Below are positions 60,095-64,000 of a stretch of 64,000 nucleotides of DNA, one piece after another. Both the position numbers and the translations under genes were made by a program. Position 1 is the first letter of the stretch, and each line of letters opens with the position of its first letter. The notes under the pieces were generated by a model. It did not search any database. It worked only from the letters and a program-made list of their open reading frames with translations, and had not been told where the DNA came from. The stretch spans positions 3 to 64,002 of the forward strand of contig CAZJBX010000009.1 of NCBI GenBank assembly GCA_964544605.1, in the 5' to 3' direction. This stretch comes from an uncultured Burkholderiaceae bacterium. GTDB lineage: Bacteria > Pseudomonadota > Gammaproteobacteria > Burkholderiales > Burkholderiaceae_C.

Positions 60095-60879
60095 TCTGCG
60101 GCGCTGGCGGCTTTAGCGGCTTTTTTGGCTTCTATGGCCAGGCGCTTTTTACGGGCGCGGATGTTGAGCAGCTCCACCGTCATGGAGAACAGCATGGCCG
60201 CATAGATATAGCCTTTGCCGATGTGCGCGCCAAAGCCTTCGGCCACCAGCGCCATACCGACCATGACCAAAAAGGCCAGCGCCAGCACTTTGACGGAGGG
60301 GTGGCTATCGACAAATTCGCCAATGGCTTTGGCCGCCAGCATCATCACGACCACGGCAATGATGACGGCTGTGGCCATGACCCAAATCTGGTTCACCATG
60401 CCCACGGCGGTGATGACGGAATCGAGCGAAAAGACGATATCGAGGATGGCGATTTGAATGATGGTGCCCCAAAACAGCTTGGTCCCCGTGGCCTTGAGGG
60501 TGGCCACTTCGCTCTCTGATACATGCTCGGCGGTGTTCAGCTCAGGCGCTTCCACTTCGACAAAAATTTCGTGCGCGGCCTTCCACAGCAAAAACAAACC
60601 GCCAAAGAGCAGCACCAAATCGCGGCCTGTGAAGCCGTGATCAAAAATCGCAAACAGCTCTTTGGTCAAGCCCATCATCCAGCTCAAAGAAAAGAGCAGG
60701 GCCAAGCGCGTGAACATGGCGAAACCCAGACCCAAGCGGCGGCCCAAATCGCGCTGTTTCTCAGGCAGGCGGCTGACCAAAATGGTCAAAAAGATGATGT
60801 TGTCCACACCCAGCACAATCTCTAGCGCTGTCAACATGCCCAAGGCTATCCACATTTGTGGGTCGGTTAAAAATTCCAT
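60091..60879 (-). CDS. TerC-family integral membrane protein
   Basis: LEIVLGVDNIIFL and ILDIVFSLDSVITAVG are the duplicated TerC motifs. Convergent 4-nt overlap with moeB. Confidence 0.85.
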   Translation of the reverse strand: MEFLTDPQMWIALGMLTALEIVLGVDNIIFLTILVSRLPEKQRDLGRRLGLGFAMFTRLALLFSLSWMMGLTKELFAIFDHGFTGRDLVLLFGGLFLLWKAAHEIFVEVEAPELNTAEHVSESEVATLKATGTKLFWGTIIQIAILDIVFSLDSVITAVGMVNQIWVMATAVIIAVVVMMLAAKAIGEFVDSHPSVKVLALAFLVMVGMALVAEGFGAHIGKGYIYAAMLFSMTVELLNIRARKKRLAIEAKKAAKAASAAD

Positions 60880-60981
60880 GGTTTTGCGTCTTTAAAAAGC
60901 AAGGCCCTATGCCTTGAGATGGCGGCATATTAGCAAAGAAAAAAGCCCTGTTTTGGCGCTAAATTTAAGCATTGCAGCCCG

Positions 60982-61653
60982 CTATGCCTTGCCATTATTG
61001 CGTTTGCTGCTATCAATAGATGAGCTAGAAAAAGCCCAACTTTCTTCTTTTTGCAGCCAATTTTCAAAGCTTTGCCACAGCGCTTGTACGCTGCTGGGCC
61101 GCAAGGCTTGGCATTGCGCCAAGGCCAAAACCGCCGCCTCAAAGCTGGCCAACTGCCCCGCCTGCTGCGCTTGGCGAATGCGGTAGCGCGTGGCGGGCAC
61201 AGCGGCCAAGGGCAGGCGTGGCAGGCTGTGCAGGGTGGGGTTGAGGTAGAGCATTTTGCGGCTTTTGCGCCAAGTGGCATCCAGCAGCACAAGGCGCAAG
61301 TGCTGCGGCATCTGCGCCTGCCAATGTGCGGGCAGGGGCGGCGGCGTGGGCAGGCTGGGGTCGGGGCTGGGTGGGTAGAGCAGCAGCGTGCGCGGCGCAG
61401 GCTGGCCCGCTTGCCAAGGCGCGTGCAGCAGGGCTTGTAAATCTTGGGGTGCAAAGACTTCGGCCACCGCCAAGCGGCTGTGCGCGGGCAGGCTCAAATG
61501 CAGCAGGCGGGCGCTGTTTTTGGCGTGGCCTGCTTCTTGTGGGTGCTGCAAGATGAGCAGCTCGGCGGCACAGGGCTGCGGCCGCACCAGCGCACAAAAA
61601 CAAGCCCGCAAAGCACGCAGGCAATGCGGGCAGTGGGCGCGGCGCTGGCTCAA
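60982..61653 (-). CDS. DTW-domain tRNA-uridine aminocarboxypropyltransferase (TapT/TuaA-like)
   Basis: N-terminal CPHC..CFC zinc motif, LLILQHPQE, DATW motif (VLLDATWRKS). TTG start proposed at 61653; the longer track ORF overlaps the upstream gene. Confidence 0.7.
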   Translation of the reverse strand: MSQRRAHCPHCLRALRACFCALVRPQPCAAELLILQHPQEAGHAKNSARLLHLSLPAHSRLAVAEVFAPQDLQALLHAPWQAGQPAPRTLLLYPPSPDPSLPTPPPLPAHWQAQMPQHLRLVLLDATWRKSRKMLYLNPTLHSLPRLPLAAVPATRYRIRQAQQAGQLASFEAAVLALAQCQALRPSSVQALWQSFENWLQKEESWAFSSSSIDSSKRNNGKA

Positions 61654-61661
61654 GCGGCGGC

Positions 61662-62708
61662 TTAGTCGGGGAACTTCACCACCACCTTGCCAGAGGTGGG
61701 CACAGATTGGCAAGACAGCACCATGCCGCGCGCCAAATCGCGCTCGCTCAGGGCCTCGTTGTGGCGCATCTCTACCGTGCCTTCTTCCAGCTTGCACATG
61801 CAGGTGGAGCACATGCCCGCTTGGCAAGAATAGGGCGGCTGGATTTTGTTGCGCAGGGCCGCTTCCAAAATCGTTTCGTTTTCGTTCACATCCACCACAT
61901 GGGTCTCGCCCCAGAGCTTGATGGTGACCTGTGCGCCATCGACCGCACCGGCGACGGCGCTGTGGTCTTGCTCGGCCCCTTCTTCGGGCAAGGAGACAAA
62001 GCGCTCCACATGCACGGCATCGCCAGGCAAACCAGCGTCCAGCGCGGCGGCTTCGGCGGCATCCATAAAGGCCGCAGGGCCGCAAATAAAGACCTCGGGC
62101 TGCTGCATGTTGGGCAGTTGCTCTTGAATGAATTTGCCCAAGCTGCCACGGTTGGCAAAGCCATTGTCTTGGTCGAGCCAGTGGATGACTTGCAGGCGCT
62201 CCATGTAATCCATAGAAAGCTGCTGCAATTTCTCAAGGAAGATGACGCTGGCCCAATCGCGGTTGGCGTAAAACAGCGTGACCTTGCCCGTGCCGTGCTG
62301 CAAGGCGCTGCGGGCGATGGAGAACACGGGGGTGATGCCGCTGCCGCCGGCAAACAGCAGTTTGTCGCGGCTGAGGTCTTTCGACAAAAACAGGCCGCTG
62401 GGGGGCAGCAGCTCAATGCTGTCGCCTTTTTTCAAGTTGTCGCAGAGCCAGTTGGAGGCGCGGCCATCGGCCACGCGCTTGACGGTGACGCGGGGGCGCG
62501 GGTCCAGCCCAGGGGCCGAAGACATGGAATAGCAACGGGGCAAAAACTTGCCTTGGTGGGGCACGCGCAGGGTCAAAAACTGGCCCGATTGGTAGGCAAA
62601 CTGCTCGGCCAGCTCAGGCGGCACATCAAAACTGAAAGACTTGGCCTCATCCGTTTCACTGATGACGGAGGCCACGGTTAGGGTGATGTAAGAGGGGTTT
62701 GTGCTCAC
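61662..62708 (-). CDS. Ferredoxin--NAD(P)H reductase with C-terminal plant-type 2Fe-2S domain (PaaE/KshB-like)
   Basis: FAD-binding RCYSMSS, NAD-binding LLFAGGSGITP, C-terminal CQAGMCSTCMC..C cluster. GTG start proposed at 62708 (VSTNPSYITL). Confidence 0.8.
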   Translation of the reverse strand: MSTNPSYITLTVASVISETDEAKSFSFDVPPELAEQFAYQSGQFLTLRVPHQGKFLPRCYSMSSAPGLDPRPRVTVKRVADGRASNWLCDNLKKGDSIELLPPSGLFLSKDLSRDKLLFAGGSGITPVFSIARSALQHGTGKVTLFYANRDWASVIFLEKLQQLSMDYMERLQVIHWLDQDNGFANRGSLGKFIQEQLPNMQQPEVFICGPAAFMDAAEAAALDAGLPGDAVHVERFVSLPEEGAEQDHSAVAGAVDGAQVTIKLWGETHVVDVNENETILEAALRNKIQPPYSCQAGMCSTCMCKLEEGTVEMRHNEALSERDLARGMVLSCQSVPTSGKVVVKFPD

Positions 62709-62807
62709 GCGGCAACCTTTGCATGAATGACTTAAAGCGCTCGATTTTATCGCCAGCGGCCATTGCATAATTGGCCCCCATCAAGCAACGCTGAGGAGAC
62801 TGGGCTT

Positions 62808-64000
62808 ATGAGCAAAATTGAAAACGCCGATAAACAGCAATCTGCCATCACGATTCGGCCCCCGCGCCGCATTGAGAGCGCCGCGCAAGAAGCCTGGAAC
62901 GGCAGCGCCGATGTGATTGTGGTGGGCTGGGGCTTGGCCGGTGCCAGCGCTGCCCTGCAAGCGCGTGAGGACGGGCAAGAAGTCTTGTTGCTGGAGCGCT
63001 TTGACGGCGGCGGTGCCAGCCGCATGTCGGGCGGCATTGTGTACGCTGGCGGCGGCACGCCCTACCAAAAGGCGGCAGGCTTTGATGGCGACACGGTGGA
63101 CAATATGTTCACTTATTTGAAAAAAGAAAACCAAGGCCGCGTCAGCGATGCCACTTTGCGCCGCTTTTGCGAAGACAGCGCGGGCAATTTGGCTTGGCTG
63201 GAGCAGCACGGCGCGCGCTATGAGGCGAGCTTTCTCAAGCACAAAACCTCTTACCCGCCGAAAAGCAAATTCTTCTACTACTCAGGCAATGAAATCGTGC
63301 CCGCCTACCGCACGGCCGGCCACCCGCCCATGCCGCGCGGCCACCGCACTTGTGGCGCCAATCTCTCAGGCGAGGCCCTGATGGATGCCATGCAAGCGGC
63401 CACACAAAAAAGCGGCACCAAGGTGATGATGCAAACCGTGGTGGATCGCTTGGTGGTGGATGCCCAAGGCACAGTGGTGGGCGTGGAATGCTATGTGCTG
63501 CCGCCTGAACACCCCTTGACCAAACGCCACCATAAGCTTTCGCTCAGCATTCCGAAGTGGCGCACCAGTATTCCTGTGTGGTCGCAAAAAATGCGCAATG
63601 AGCAAGCCCGCATTGAAAAAGAACTGATTGGCAGCGGCGCGGCGCAACTGCAATTGCTGCGCGCCCGCAAAGGCGTGGTGCTGGCCACAGGCGGCTTTGT
63701 TTTGAACCCGCAAATGGTGGCCGAACATGCGCCCCACTTTGCGCCCGCCTTCCACATTGGCGCAGGCGGCTGCGATGGCAGCGGCATCCGCATGGGCCAA
63801 ACCGTGGGCGGCGATACGGGCTATATGAACAATTTTTCAGGCTGGCGTTTTATCACCCCACCCGTCACTTGGCCCAAAGGCATTGTGGTGAACCGCCAAG
63901 GCGCGCGCTTTTGCAACGAGCAGGTTTATGGCGAGCGCCTCGGCCATGAATTGATGGAGCACCAAGGCGGCAAGGCTTGGCTGATTTTGGACAAACGCTT
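62808..64000 (+). CDS. FAD-binding dehydrogenase (fumarate-reductase / KstD-like flavoprotein); 3-prime partial at the window edge
   Basis: Not in the ORF track because it has no stop in the window. ATG 62808 preceded by GAGGAG. Translation MSKIENADKQQ..ADVIVVGWGLAGASAALQAREDGQEVLLLERFDGGGASRMSGGIVYAGGGT. Confidence 0.75.
   Translation, partial: MSKIENADKQQSAITIRPPRRIESAAQEAWNGSADVIVVGWGLAGASAALQAREDGQEVLLLERFDGGGASRMSGGIVYAGGGTPYQKAAGFDGDTVDNMFTYLKKENQGRVSDATLRRFCEDSAGNLAWLEQHGARYEASFLKHKTSYPPKSKFFYYSGNEIVPAYRTAGHPPMPRGHRTCGANLSGEALMDAMQAATQKSGTKVMMQTVVDRLVVDAQGTVVGVECYVLPPEHPLTKRHHKLSLSIPKWRTSIPVWSQKMRNEQARIEKELIGSGAAQLQLLRARKGVVLATGGFVLNPQMVAEHAPHFAPAFHIGAGGCDGSGIRMGQTVGGDTGYMNNFSGWRFITPPVTWPKGIVVNRQGARFCNEQVYGERLGHELMEHQGGKAWLILDKR

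Noticed and set aside
60880-60981. Possible yybP-ykoY (manganese) riboswitch in the 5-prime leader of the TerC-family gene.
   Set aside because: The ~100-nt leader lacks the conserved GGGGAGUAG / four-way-junction elements that I recall for that riboswitch. Only a weak hairpin, probably ending the DTW gene, is visible. A cmscan would be needed to be sure.

Overview
This is a GC-rich (roughly 60% by eye) betaproteobacterial, Burkholderiales-like chromosomal segment. It starts at the replication-initiation locus (gyrB-dnaN-dnaA, minus strand) and runs through about 60 tightly packed, almost entirely housekeeping genes. These include def, a LysM protein, dprA, rsmG-mnmG, lolC/E, a TgpA-like transglutaminase, mutT, avtA, recJ, gabD, guaA, trpB2, ruvB, birA, surA-lptD with a divergent amgK-like kinase, trpD, gatCAB with divergent mreBCD-mrdA, aroG, tatABC, moeB, TerC and a DTW tRNA-modification enzyme. 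A ferredoxin-reductase / FAD-dehydrogenase pair sits at the right edge. I found no rRNA, tRNA, CRISPR array, integrase or intact transposase. Accessory content is limited to small inserts: (i) an AT-richer DpnI-family methyl-directed restriction endonuclease gene (55058-55825), bracketed by ~164-bp direct repeats that include a duplicated 3-prime end of aroG; (ii) a parDE toxin-antitoxin pair (24307-24846); (iii) an orphan 152-aa ORF (28406-28864) bracketed by 42-bp direct repeats; (iv) a 322-aa protein with a Card1/DUF1887-like PD-(D/E)xK nuclease C-terminus between trpD and gatB; (v) a truncated RAYT-like transposase remnant with GTAG-hairpin REPs at the left edge. The most interesting non-genic signal is a hairpin-repeat family (loops CTTGA/TCAAG, followed by ATGACGAAG-like motifs) that I see only beside the accessory inserts. 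There is also a 2 x 134-bp BIME-like tandem repeat upstream of recJ. No searches could be run, so all family assignments rest on motifs I recognise in the translations. Start codons are often chosen downstream of the longest ORF in the track.
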